Assembly: GCA_951406725.2 (NCBI GenBank)
Contig: OX597819.1
Span: forward strand, 8,494,001-8,558,000
Direction of reading: 5' to 3'
From: Octopus vulgaris
Lineage: Eukaryota
Length of the DNA: 64,000 bases
In this document: one piece after another, positions 1 through 12,640 of the stretch
Position numbering within the stretch: the first letter of the stretch is position 1
How the letters are laid out: every line of letters begins with the position of its first letter
Notes under the pieces: model-generated
Seen by the model: only the letters and a program-made list of their open reading frames with translations
Databases searched by the model: none
Told to the model about the DNA's origin: nothing
Translations under genes and position numbers: made by a program

Positions 1-654
1 ATAGCTATTTACGATAAGCTCACGTTTAACTCATGCCACTCCAGATGCACTAAAATGAATATCCCCTTCAACCTAGCAAAAAGGATTTGTACTATAGTTT
101 TTAATACAAACACCAGGGGCACACCACTACATGAACTAAAGTATACACACATCATCAGGAACTACCCACCTTCCGTAATTGATATAGGCTTTCAAAGTGC
201 CCTACAACTCAACATCCACGAACATCCCAAACTAAAGAGGGATTTACAACCAAAAGCTCTACCATACATCTCCACACACAACCCCCTTAACAATGAAGCC
301 TTCGACACTATACTCCACAACATTCCTCTACTAAAAAGGACCACAGAATAATTTTAATCCTCCAAATACACTCCATCATGAAGAGCAAAAGACAACCCAA
401 ATCTATGAATTGTCTCCTAACACAAGCACAAGTACGCTGAAGCCGTCAGTAAAAGATGCAGAAGAACTAACTGTGGTATATGCGTCAACGTAATTGAGGG
501 ATCACAGCTCTCTTTCAAACAGGGTCAACGTTTTACAGTGAAAAACAACTTCACGTGCTTTGGAAAACCTGATATATGTATTAACTTGCTCAGAGTATCG
601 AGAGCAATACATAGGCCAAACCAAAAGCAGTTCAGTCCAAAAGATGACTCTTCA
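1..654 (+). mobile_element. Degenerate Penelope-like element (PLE) ORF fragment: RT C-terminus/thumb, Cys-rich linker, N-terminal half of GIY-YIG endonuclease; ends in a (TA)n array
   Basis: Frame 1 reads LTFNSCHSRCTKMNIPFNLAKRICTIV...RNYPPSVID...LPYISTHNP, matching the PLE post-RT pattern. CRRTNCGIC follows at about 457-483, then [20 protein letters not shown] (ORF 560-784), a GIY-YIG motif. Stops and frameshifts lie between the blocks. Confidence 0.85.
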
Positions 655-659
655 TACAT

Positions 660-761
<102 letters not shown>

Positions 762-903
762 GTATGTATTTATGTTTTGATTAATAATAATATACATATG
801 TATATTATTAATTTAATGTATAAATTGCCTATAACTTGTTGTAGCATGCTACTACCTGATAAAAATCATTAATGTGATTTTTATCCTTATATTCTATTAT
901 GAA

Positions 904-958
<55 letters not shown>

Positions 959-1244
959 ACTTGAGCATCAAGTAATGTGTGGTTAGGTCTGTGCATATTG
1001 TTTTATGTGTGCATGTGTGTGGAGAAAGAAAGAAATAGAGAGAAAATATTGTCATTCAGTTGGGAGATACTTGAATTAGAGCTGTTACTAGAATCACCAC
1101 ACCCACCACCATCACTACTACCACTACTGCTGCTACCGCTGCCGCTGCTGCTACCGCTGCCGCTGCTGCTACTGCTATTATTAATATATCTAGAACCCAG
1201 AAATTTGGGGAAAATGACAGATGGCTTCACGAAAATCACCACTA

Positions 1245-1460
1245 TATTGGTTTCAAATCTTTGGCACAAGGCGAGCAATTTCAAGAGAGGGGTAGGTCGA
1301 TTATATCGATACCCTGTACTCATCTAGTACTTAATTTATCGACTCTGAAAGATGAAAGGCAAAGTCTACCGCGGCGGAATTTCAACTCAGGGCATAAAAA
1401 TACGAAATATTGCTAAGCATTTTGCCCGGCTTACTAAAGATGTTGCTAGCATGCCGCCTC
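1245..1460 (-). mobile_element. SINE family C (old, diverged); similar relics at about 49895-50090, 50300-50460 and 58445-58650
   Basis: gtcgattatatcga...gtacttaatttatcgac...gatgaaaggcaaagtc...cggcggaatt..aactcag. Confidence 0.7.
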
Positions 1461-2809
1461 GCTTCTACTATTTTTATTAATCAGTGGATTTTGCATGCTT
1501 TCATGCTTGATTTTGTAAATACCTGCGATATATTGTATTTAATTAGACACTGACCTCGCACTTACGGAAACTGATCTCTTAAATTTACAGAAGCACGCTT
1601 ATGTCTAAGAGCGTTGGGTGGAGTCGTTTAAATCGAAAGCAGTATAAAATTGGTATATATTTTTCTCGATCACAGCGGATTGCGATCACACTTCATAATA
1701 GCGTTTTTGAAGTCAGAGTATGATTACACACACATATGCATGTATATACCGCTAATATGCAACATACACACACACAAACACACACACAACACATATTAAA
1801 TATTATACATTATAAATGTAGTGATTAGGGTATTCGGCTCACGGTCACAATGTCGTATGTCGACTTACTGGACAGAACGGCGCGATCTAATCACATCGGA
1901 TGATTTAGGAACTAATTAATTATATGAATTTTAATTATTTTTCTGAAGTTATTTTGTCTGTAATAGTGATTATATGTGTCTGTTATTCGCTATTTTTAAC
2001 CTATGTGTGTGCGTGTGTGAGCATCTGTGTATGTCTTTAGTAAACTTTTACGAGGAAAGGTTGACAGACTTCGTAGTTTCGGTTTGCTTGCCTTCATTAG
2101 ACTGTGCTATACTAGGGTTTTTCTTTGGAGTCGGGGGCTAGATATAATCTATAGTTGTGTTTCAGGAAGTAGGCGAAACTATATGAAATGATAATTAACT
2201 GTGATGAAGATAGATCGGTGAATTAACTGTATAGGAAAGGCAATAGAATAGAATATGAGGAAAGTATTTGTGAGTAGAATATGGATTGACTGAAAGTTAT
2301 GATGAGAATATTTTACTTGGTTTTATGTAACCAGCATCGTCCGCATAATACTGACAACCGCAACTCTAATACCCCTTCAGCCTACCCTCTAAACTCTTTT
2401 ACAAGTAATATTATCTCCAGTGTACTCGTAACCACTCTACAACTACAACCACATTTACATATAAAGGGTCGATCGATACAACCGACATGCATTCTTTTCG
2501 CAACCCAAATGGGAAAAAAATGACACTTCACTCTTTCAACCCATATGGAAAATAAATCAAGAATACTCTATATAGAATTAATAGGAAAATGTTAGTCTAT
2601 ATATACCGAGGAGAATTTAAACTCTACCATCTCTGTACCCAGATTTTTTTATTAACACCCAAATACTGAACTATAATTCGGAACAGGTCTGTTCTTGCAA
2701 ACACAGTCTTCAAACTCAGGCTATTTGAAACCGGTATGTTCTACAAACAGTTAAACATAACATATCTCATCTACGTCCACCTGTATACATTATCTGTGTA
2801 CACGCACAC

Positions 2810-2865
<56 letters not shown>

Positions 2866-3735
2866 CATACCTACAAACTATTCGAAGGTATTCTTATTTT
2901 TTATTCTCTTTCCAAGGAAGAATGGAACACATGATTACACAGAGATAACGTTGAAATATTTTTGTAACTTGACTATCTTTTATTTGATAACATTACGACA
3001 GAGTAAATTTCTTATTGGATGAGAATATGACTGTTGATCGCAAATCAGCAAAGAAAAAAGAAATTACAAGGGGCGGGAAGCATATTATGTCACTTATAGA
3101 AAAGATTCCATCCTACGTGCATCAGTACCAGTACAGTTGATTCCAATCTTTAAAGATGTACTTTTGCTGTACACAACGGAAACGTATTCTTTTTAAGACG
3201 CACGTGCATTAATCGCATGGTCTGAACATCTAAACTCTTGTAGATATGCTTCTAAATATCTACTTTGCTATTTTATTGCATGCCTCTTTCGGAACGTATG
3301 ATATTTGGATATCCTCCGGCCATATTTTCTTCTTACTACCTTTGCCGCTATACACTCCTCCCTGTTACTTGCTTCACTAAGCTAAACATTTTAATTTAAT
3401 CACTTTTTACACTTTGCGACCACCTCTTCCATATTGTTTGGCTACACTGCCAACTCTCGTCTCACACTGAAATAATGACTTTTAAAAATATGTTCTTTTT
3501 AAACAATTTCTTTCTCGTTGTCGCCTCATTTCATTAAACACATCTTCCTTTCCCTCTTTACATTTACATATTTTGATACAATGTCTTTTATTACCGCATT
3601 TTTAATGCGCGTTTTTTATTACCTTTTATTATTTTCCGTTTCATGTACTTTCATTTCTTTCTTTCTTTTCTCTTTGATTTCTTTTCTACTCTTACTAGCG
3701 CGATTCCATCTCATTCCTACTTCTAATTTGTTCTT

Positions 3736-3776
<41 letters not shown>

Positions 3777-3777
3777 A

Positions 3778-3832
<55 letters not shown>

Positions 3833-3853
3833 GTATATATATATGTATACATA

Positions 3854-4347
3854 TCTTTATATTTGAAAATGACGTTGTGTGTTGTCTGTCTCCTACGATT
3901 TAGATTCCTAACTACTCCCACATTTTGCGGTGCAGTTTAACCAAAACCGGGTATCTTATAGTCGTGATTCATATCGAGCCCTTCTGGGTATAGTCTACGA
4001 TGAGTCTACGATTTAAAAAGAAATTTACCATCATTTTTTTCCATTTTAATGCATTTTTTCGCTATTATATAAGGGAATTAACTCTCTAAAAATGTCTACG
4101 TTGAGTCAACGATTTAAAAAAAATTTACCATAATTTTTTTCCATTTTAATGCATTTTTCGCTATTATATAAGGGAAATAACTCTCTAAAAATGTCTACGA
4201 TGAGTCAACGATTTAAAAAAAAAATTACCATCATTTTTTTTTTCAATTTTTAATGCATTTTTTTGCTATTTTTTGGCTATAACTCTCTAAAATGCTTATA
4301 TAGTTATTTCCCTTACAAACCCGAGCAACGCCGGGCGATACTGCTAA
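3854..4347 (+). mobile_element. Non-autonomous Helitron with internal ~100-bp tandem repeat
   Basis: 5' A|TC start (atctttatat) followed by ttgtgtgttgtctgtc. 3' hairpin cccgagcaacgccggg about 8 nt before CTAA (degenerate CTRR). Three ~100-bp units start at 3993, 4094 and 4193. Confidence 0.7.
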
Positions 4348-4649
4348 CATATATATATATATCAATCGCTTTGTGTACAATATAGAAATAGTGAGCCAGT
4401 AAGAATCTTTCGCCTCAATATCCTTATCCAGTCGAAGTTTACTGAGTCGTCCAAATACTCCGATTCTTTCTCTTTTAAACATATGCTTTATGTTACATCT
4501 TTCATTTCCGTGAAGAAGAAGGGAAATGAGAAACTCTGAGTAACAATTTATGAAGTTTGAGCTTCTAATAAACTATAATATATATTTTACTTCCACTTTA
4601 CTCCTTCATGCTCATACTAGCGCGCCAAAAACGCGCATGCGCGCACAAA

Positions 4650-4855
4650 CTCGAAGGTACCACCAAACTTTTGGGAAAATTTGATGCAGATTCTCTGCTC
4701 AACTTTGTCATGGTCAATACGACGACAACACGCTACACACGTTCCTTCCAAGCCCTGCTGAAAATAGTGGAAGTAAGCTAAGATGTTGAAACAGAGATCA
4801 AGGTCAATCCTTGCCAAGCGGCTTCGCCCTAAGTGCTTATTGATCAGACCACGTA
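4650..4855 (-). mobile_element. Mariner DNA transposon 5' fragment (TIR plus transposase N-terminus)
   Basis: Minus strand begins TA-CGTGGTCTGATCAATAAG, a mariner-type TIR. ORF 4617-4874 contains EQRICIKFSQKFG, typical of mariner transposase N-termini. Confidence 0.7.
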
Positions 4856-4968
4856 CGTATGAATGGATGCACATACGTGTATTTATCTCTCACCCAATGT
4901 CTTATTCTCTCTCTATGCCTTCATGTATGTATAAACGTACATATATATATATATATATATATATATGT

Positions 4969-5285
4969 GGAAGCGCAATGGCCCAGTGGTTAGGGCAGCG
5001 GACTCGCGGTCGTAGGATCGCGGTTTCGATTCCCAGACCAGGTGTTGTAAGTGTTTATTGAGCGAAAACACCTAAAAGCTCCACGAGGCTCCGGCAGGGG
5101 GTGGTGATCCCTGCTGTACTCTTTCACCACACTTTCTCCCACACTTTCTCCCACTCTTTCTTTTGTTGGCCCGCTCGCTTAGCCAGCGGGATGGCGTCAT
5201 TCGAAGGCTAAAACAATGCGAACGCATTGTGACCAGCGATGTGTAACAACATCTGATGGTCTGGTCGGTCACGTGATCACGTGAT
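4969..5285 (+). mobile_element. tRNA-derived SINE, family B head with alternative 3' tail
   Basis: A box tggcccagtgg and B box ggtttcgattcc. First ~180 bp match 12997/13922, but the 3' half differs and ends in tcacgtgatcacgtgat. Confidence 0.8.
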
Positions 5286-5698
5286 ATATATATATATATA
5301 TATGTATGTTTATACATGTGTGTGTGTACACCCACCTAATCGATTTAAACTAACGGTTTTTCAGGAATTCTATACAAATTTAACTTTTCGTTAATGAATT
5401 TTCTTTACAGAATTTCGAGTCAGCCATCATCTTTAATATGACTTTATTTCCCCATTTGGTCTTCCTTTGAGAAACCAAACATTTCTCGGTACAATGTAAG
5501 CATGTTATTATATAGTCAAATACACAGATGATTGCGTAAATAAATAGGAATCTTTAATTAGAATATAAGCAGCAATAGTTTTCGTACGTAGTAATTTGTC
5601 TGCCTCCACATAGGACCTGACATTTACATCTGTTGGGACAGCTGATTTCAATAAATAATATATGTATGTATATATGTGTGCGCGAGTGTGTATGTGTG

Positions 5699-5764
<66 letters not shown>

Positions 5765-6000
5765 AGTCGGACACAAAAGCTAAAGAACGTTAATACTGTC
5801 CCTGAGGATGGGTAGATATTTTCTATTGGAACGTTCCACGATTATTCTTTATTAATAAATTTGTGAATGCATTATGTTGTTTTTGTTGCCTTTATTCCTT
5901 TCAGCAGAGCAATCCATCAGAAATATGGTCAGCATTGTATGACGTTGCAGGAGGTAACAAGTATAACAAGCCTCATGGGAAACATATAGCTACTACGTAG

Positions 6001-6050
6001 TTATGTATGTGTGTGTGTATGCATGAATGTGTATGCATATGTATGTATGC

Positions 6051-6083
<33 letters not shown>

Positions 6084-6490
6084 TGTATGTATGTATGCAT
6101 GCATGCATGTATGTATGTATGCATATGTATTATGCATATGTATGTATGTATGCATATGTATGTATGTATTTATGTATGTATGTATTTATGTATGTATGTA
6201 TGTATGTACGTATGTATGTATGCATGCATGCATGTATGTATGTATGCATATGTATTATGCATATGTATGTATGTATGCATATGTATGTATGTATTTATGT
6301 ATGTATGTATTTATGTATGTATGTATGTATGTACGTATGTATGTATGCATGCATGCATGTATGTATGCATATGTATGTATGTATGTATATGTATGTATGC
6401 ATGCATGTATGTATGTATGTATGTATGTATGTATGTATGTATGTATGTATGTATGTATGCATGCATGTATGCATGTATGTATGTATGTAG
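6001..6490. repeat. (TATG)n/(CATG)n compound microsatellite with ~125-bp higher-order duplication
   Basis: Variant block gcatatgtattatgc...tgtacgtatg...gcatgcatgc recurs at 6121 and 6246. Confidence 0.85.
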
Positions 6491-7000
6491 ATACGTATGG
6501 TGATATTTATGAACGTAAATCTGCATGCATGTACCACTTTATTTCTATTTCAAATGAGTGTAAAAATGTATGCATAGAAATTTCATTACACTGAAATATT
6601 TTATTTTAAAACACTGCACTTGGCGCAACCCGCTGAAAATAGCATCTATCATCCGCGAACAACAAAACTGACTATGAAAATTGGAAGAACACAGGATATT
6701 TTTGAACACGAATATGTATAAGACGTGAAGGCCACATCTGGAAAACCTCAGATAGTGTGACTATTTAACCAGGTCTGAACTGAGATTCAATAAGTACAGC
6801 CTTCTTTCCCTGCTGTGCAGCGCAAGTTTCGAACTGCTTGTAATTCAGGTCTTTGCTTCCCCTTCTTGTCAAAATTGGTCCAACGCAGTCGCTTCGATAT
6901 TCACAAATAATAGCGGGCCGCTCTGTACGAATAGTGTCTCGTTCACATGAGAGTGCGCTAATATTTGTGCTTTACTATTAGTTTGAAAAATGCACAAAAA

Positions 7001-7186
7001 GCGCAGGAGTGGCTGTGTGGTAAGTAGCTTGTCTACCAACCGCAAGGTTCCAGGTTCAGTCCCACTGCGTGGCACCTTGGGTAAGTGTCTTCTACTATAG
7101 CCTCGGGCCGACCAAGGCCTTGTGAGTGGATTTGGTAGACGGAAACTGAAAGAAGCTCGTCGTATATATGTATATATATATATATG

Positions 7187-7228
<42 letters not shown>

Positions 7229-7457
7229 TGTGTGTGTTTGTGTGTCTGTGTTTGTCCCCTAGCATTGCTTGACAACCGATGCTGGTGTGTTTATGTCCCC
7301 GTCACCTAGCGGTTCGGCAAAAGAGACCGACAGAATGAGTACTGGGCTTACAAAAGAATAAGTCCCGGGGTCGAGTTGCTCGATTAAAGGCGGTGCTCGA
7401 GCATGGCCGCAGTCAAATGACTGAAACAAGTAAAAGAGTAAAAGAGTAAAGAGTAAA
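7001..7457 (+). mobile_element. tRNA-derived SINE family A, full length, with internal (TA)n(TG)n
   Basis: Head gcgcaggagtggctgtgtggtaag...ggttcagtccc, CORE-like ccttgggtaagtgtctt, tail ...gactgaaacaagt(aaaagagt)n. More than 10 near-identical copies in the window. Confidence 0.9.
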
Positions 7458-8284
7458 ATAACCCTCACCTTCTTTTCCTTTCTTTTCTTTTTTTATTTAT
7501 TTTCTGAGATGTTGTTGGTTAACGAAGAAAGACATTACCCACAACATTCATAGTCAGTCTTTTTATGGATCACAGAAGCTTTTTATGGATGAGGTAAAAA
7601 AAAAAAGGTGGTGGGGCGGGGCGGGCATGAATTATCACTAGACGAATGGCCAAGTTAGAATGCTTGTTGCAACAGATTGGGATTCTGCTGCCGAAGAGAT
7701 CCCATGAACAGATGCTGGTGCTGATGTCAAACAGAGCTACGCATTATGTCTAACAGTTAAATATTGGTTTAAACATTTATAGGAGAGCGCGCTGGATGAA
7801 ACGTGGGAGATATATCTCAAGTAGCATTATTAAAATGTTTACTGTATCACAAATAATTAGGAGCCATTGTCGCGGATCTAAATGTTGTTTTCCGCAGTGC
7901 TAATCAGATTACAAATAACTATTCATCTGGATAAGGACGCCAATCCGTCGGTTGTAACTTTATTAGAAAGAAGGGAAAGGAAGCGAAATATCGATTCTTA
8001 CCGAATATCCGAATATTTGTAAGAATATGTCTCTTGCAGCACACACTCCACTCGCGTGCGTGAGCGCATATACAAGTATGGACCTATAAAGGTACATAGA
8101 TATATGTATGTATATATATATATATATATAAAAACTTAGATAAACTAGGATTATTCGAATCCTGTTTAAGTCAAGTTTTGTTTAAGTCAAGTTATATACA
8201 CATATATATTTATATGCATATACATATATTTAGACATATATATACACACACATATACACATATATATTCATATGCTCACATGTA

Positions 8285-8480
8285 TTCTTTTATTTGTTTC
8301 AATCATTTAATTGTGGCCATGCTAGAGCACCGCCTTTAGTCGAACAAATAGACCCCAAGCCTTATTCTTTGTTAGCCTAGTACTTATTCTCTCGGTCTCT
8401 TTGCCGAACCGCTAACTCACGGAGATCTAAACACACCAACATCGATTGTCAAACGATGTTGGGGGAACAAACACAGGCAC
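8285..8480 (-). mobile_element. SINE family A, 3' half
   Basis: Reverse complement of the family A 3' module (ttgtttcaatcattt...gccgaaccgctaa...acaccaacatcg). Confidence 0.75.
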
Positions 8481-8533
8481 ACAAACATATACATACATTC
8501 ATACATTCATACATACATGCATACATACATTCA

Positions 8534-8617
<84 letters not shown>

Positions 8618-8683
8618 TATAGAGGTGTAGGATAGAAGGGGGTTATAACCAATGTCTGCATGAAGTAAACAAACGGAAACAAC

Positions 8684-8721
<38 letters not shown>

Positions 8722-8875
8722 ACACTCACACACATTTATGCATACATATATACCTTTATATACATAAATATATATTTACGAATATAATTTAACGATATAG
8801 ATGTGTGTATAAGGGTATGTGTATGTGTGTGTTTGTGCGCGCGAACGTGATGACGACCGCTTTATCTTGACAGCT

Positions 8876-9208
8876 TTAAAAAAAAAAGACTCCGCCGGTT
8901 ACGACGACGAGGGTTCCGGTTGATCCGATCAACGGAACAGCTTGCTCGTGAAATTAACGTGCAAACGGCTGAGCATTCCACAGACACGCGTACCCTTAAC
9001 GTAGTTCTCGGGGATAATCAGCGTGACACAGAGAGTGACAAGGGTGACCCTTTGAAATACAAGTACAACTCATTTTTGCCAGCTGAGTGGACTGGAGAAA
9101 CGTGAAATAAAGTGTCTTGCTCAAGGACACAACGCGTCGCCGGGAATCGAACTCACAACCTTACGATCATGAGCCGAATGCCCTAACCACTAAGCCACGC
9201 GCCCTCAC
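8876..9208 (-). mobile_element. tRNA-derived SINE family B' (different head and middle, family B tail) with 11-bp TSD
   Basis: Head gggcgcgtggcttagtggttagggc...gagttcgattccc. Tail shared with family B. TSD tcttgacagct at 8865-8875 and 9209-9219. Confidence 0.85.
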
Positions 9209-9636
9209 TCTTGACAGCTAATAACCGTCTCAATCTATATCACTTCCAATAATCTTCATTACGTCAGTGTACTCGGAGATGTCTCTTGAGTTCAGCAGTT
9301 GACCTACAAGGCTGCAAGCATATGTGACAGACATGATTCAGTAATTCTACGGTGTTTATGTGGCTTCCTTGTATAATTTCATGTAACTACAAGTGTTTTC
9401 AAACCTAGCTTATTCCCACCGAGCTTTTTTCTACATTCTATACAGGTGTTGGTTCCGTCAAATGCCCTCTCAGCGAAGTTAACATTCCAATTATACTAAT
9501 CGGGATTTACGTTAAGCTTATGTGTCAAGTTACCAAGCTCACAAGCAAACTCATAATAGATCGCTAGCTCCTACACGCATTTTTTTCTCTCTTTTTTTTC
9601 TCTCCTTGTTTCTCTTCTTGTTTTTTTTTCTGTGTA

Positions 9637-9674
9637 TCTTTCTGTCGAAGAGCGTAGGCTCGAAACGTAAAAGA
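9637..9674 (+). ncRNA. Hammerhead-like motif with non-canonical core (type I topology)
   Basis: Stem I tcttt/aaaga; core CUGUCGA-A instead of CUGANGA; stem II GAGC-gtag-GCTC; GAAA; minimal palindromic stem III (ACGU); GUA site. Lies in a ~240-bp element ending at (TA)n. Confidence 0.45.
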
Positions 9675-10263
9675 CTTTTTCTATTTCTATTCCTGAGTGC
9701 TATACTAATACATTTGTTTGTCTGTACTCCACCTGCCTTCGTCTTTTGTTTATTTTCGTAAACTTTACCTTTATATATATATATGCATACATACAAACAT
9801 ACATACATGTACTGCCTAAATACCAATCTTGAGAAATTAGGATTCTCAAAACCAGAAAGGAGAAAGCTAATTCGAAGGCTACAGATCTAATCCATCACTG
9901 GAACTGTACAACTCTGTAAAACTTTCCAGCCATTTATTATTTAAACATATATGAGCATGTCTAGATATGCAATTATATGCATGAGAATACATACATAAAA
10001 CAAAGCATACAAATCTGCATATATACATACGTACATACATACAAAAAACACTGTTGTTGAAGCTGTAATTCCAATGAAGGAGCTTTGGATCTAGGTTAGA
10101 AACCAGCTCTTTCACTATTGGCAAGAAATCTTAAAATAAAAGTGAACATACATACATACATACATACATACATACATACATACATACCGACCTACATACA
10201 TACATACATACATACATACATACATACATACATACATACATACATACATACATACATACATAC

Positions 10264-10670
10264 ATGAAAGAATGGAGTTGAACGACGAATTAACAAAATT
10301 CCTTTATTTTCGACATATGTTTCGAAGGCTGCATATTCCTAATTGCGAAGTCATCTAAAAGTTTTTTTGTGCATCTTGATGTTGACATAATTTCCTTGCT
10401 TTTCCTGATGAGAAAGCGGCATAATATACTCCTTATTCCTTCGCAATTAGGAATATGCAGCCTTCGAAACATATGTCGAAAATAAAGGAATTTTGTTAAT
10501 TCGTCGTTCAACTCCATTCTTTCATATATTTATATTTAAAAAAAAAAACATACAAATTTCCACACGAAAGCACGTAACTTCATACGTGTTTTCTCTGATG
10601 TGAATTTGCTAACCAGGTATCGGTTAACCGAATTATCCATAACAAGATAATTCATTCAACTACTCAAATA
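10264..10670 (+). mobile_element. Hammerhead-bearing inverted-repeat element, family H2 (PLE pLTR-like), flanked by (TACA)n
   Basis: 87-bp inverted arms at 10264-10350 and 10439-10525, apparently perfect. The 3' segment tcggttaaccgaatt...gataattcattca recurs at about 46775-46825. Confidence 0.75.
10400..10482 (+). ncRNA. Type I hammerhead ribozyme (intact core)
   Basis: Stem I ttttc/gaaaa; CUGAUGA at 10405-10411; long stem II (gaaagcggcata / tatgcagccttc) enclosing an internal hairpin; GAAA at 10466-10469; stem III ACA-UA-UGU (palindrome ACAUAUGU); GUC cleavage predicted after 10477. Confidence 0.85.
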
Positions 10671-11111
10671 TACATACATACATACATACATACATACATA
10701 CATACATACATACATACATACATACATACATACATACATACATACATACATACATACATAGCAGCCCTCTGGATACGAATGTGGTTTAAGAAATACAAGA
10801 GAAAGAGAAGATCTGTGAACCAGTGGTAAGGAGTTTGCAGTACCCAAGATACACTTTCAGCTTCATATCTATTATTATTGAAGCAACAGGATCCATACCA
10901 GCCCACCCGGCACAAAATGGAGCTAAGTTGAGATCTTAGGGAGAGAAGGCAAATCCTTAATTCATATGTTACAAATGATCACGATACCTGGGACTATAAA
11001 AATCTGCAAGACCTTCTTAAGATTCAAAGCATGATGGTTAGAACAAGATGCTAACAGGTAGCTAGCCGGTCACAAATTACTCTAAATTGAAAAGGGAAAA
11101 AGAACATACTC

Positions 11112-11485
11112 TCACTTTTACTCTTTTACTTGTTTCAGTCATTTGACTGCGGCCATGCTGGAGCACCGCCTTTAGTCGAGCAAATCGACCCCGGGACTTA
11201 TTCTTTGTAAGCCCAGTACTTATTCTATCGGTCTCTTTTTCAGAACCGCTAAGTAACGGGGACGTAAACACACCAGCATCGGTTGTCAAGCAATGCTAGG
11301 GCGACAAACACAGACACACAAACACACACATATATATACATATACATATATACGACAGGCTTCTTTCGGTTTCTGTCTACCAAATCCACTCACAAGGCTT
11401 TGGTCGGCCCGGGGCTATAGCAGAAGACACTTGCCCTAGGTGCCACGCAGTGGGACTGAACCCGGAACCATGTGGCTGGTTAGTA
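11112..11485 (-). mobile_element. SINE family A
   Basis: Reverse complement of 7001-7457; extreme 5' end lost. Confidence 0.85.
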
Positions 11486-12303
11486 AAATTTTTACAGCTC
11501 CAGTGATGGTCTGGATCTGCATGTGTGAATGTGCGTGTGTCTGTGTATGTGTGCCTTCTTGTTTGTCCTCCACTACCGCTCCTTTAGGTCTCCCTAACTT
11601 TTTGATGGTTCCTTTAATGTTGGCTCCTTTAGGTCTCCCTAATTTATTGATTCAATAATAAGAGAACGATAAAATAAGTACCAGGCTTAGGAAAAAATAA
11701 GTATTAGAGTGAATTTGTTCGACTAAAACCCTCCGCGGTGGTGCCTCAGCATGGCTGCTGTTAAAACGACTGAAATAAGTAAAAGATAAATGATAAAGAT
11801 ATACCTATACGTATGTATGTATGTATGTATGTATGTATGTATGTATGTATGTATTTATGTATGTATGCATGTAATACATACACATAGGCTTACATACACA
11901 AATACACAGACAGAAACATTTTTTCAAGCATATATATTCACTTACATCATCATCACCACCAACAACAACACTACCACCACCACCACCACCACCAACACCA
12001 TCGCCAACAAAACCACCGCCACCTATCCTTGATCACAATCTAGATATGTAATGTATGAGACATAAGGCAGTCAAGCACAATATGTAATGTTTTTACTGTT
12101 CTTCCGGTAGCCAGAAATATTCGACCTAGGGCTGGTTTTCTCCTTGTCTAACAGCTTCTGACAATAGCCATATTACATTCGATTTATCGATATTTGTTAT
12201 TTTCAATTCTACTAGATTATTAGCAATTTTCATGTATGTGCGTGTTATATATGTGTGTATAGGTGTGCATCTCTGTATATACATCATCTATACATACAGG
12301 CCT

Positions 12304-12385
<82 letters not shown>

Positions 12386-12402
12386 TTACAGATACACACA
12401 CA

Positions 12403-12436
<34 letters not shown>

Positions 12437-12452
12437 TATATATATATATATG

Positions 12453-12488
<36 letters not shown>

Positions 12489-12510
12489 CATACATACATA
12501 CATACATATA

Positions 12511-12600
<90 letters not shown>

Positions 12601-12608
12601 TATATTGT

Positions 12609-12640
<32 letters not shown>

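Noticed and set aside
3993-4293. Regularly spaced repeats that could be mistaken for a CRISPR array
   Set aside because: Units are contiguous ~100-bp tandem copies without unique spacers, inside a Helitron in eukaryotic DNA.
4490-4545. gaaactctgagtaaca resembling the H1 stem III and cleavage site
   Set aside because: No properly placed CUGANGA; at best a heavily decayed relic.
5795-5845. CUGAGGA followed by a hairpin and ggaacgtt
   Set aside because: GAAA is imperfect and no stem I can be formed.
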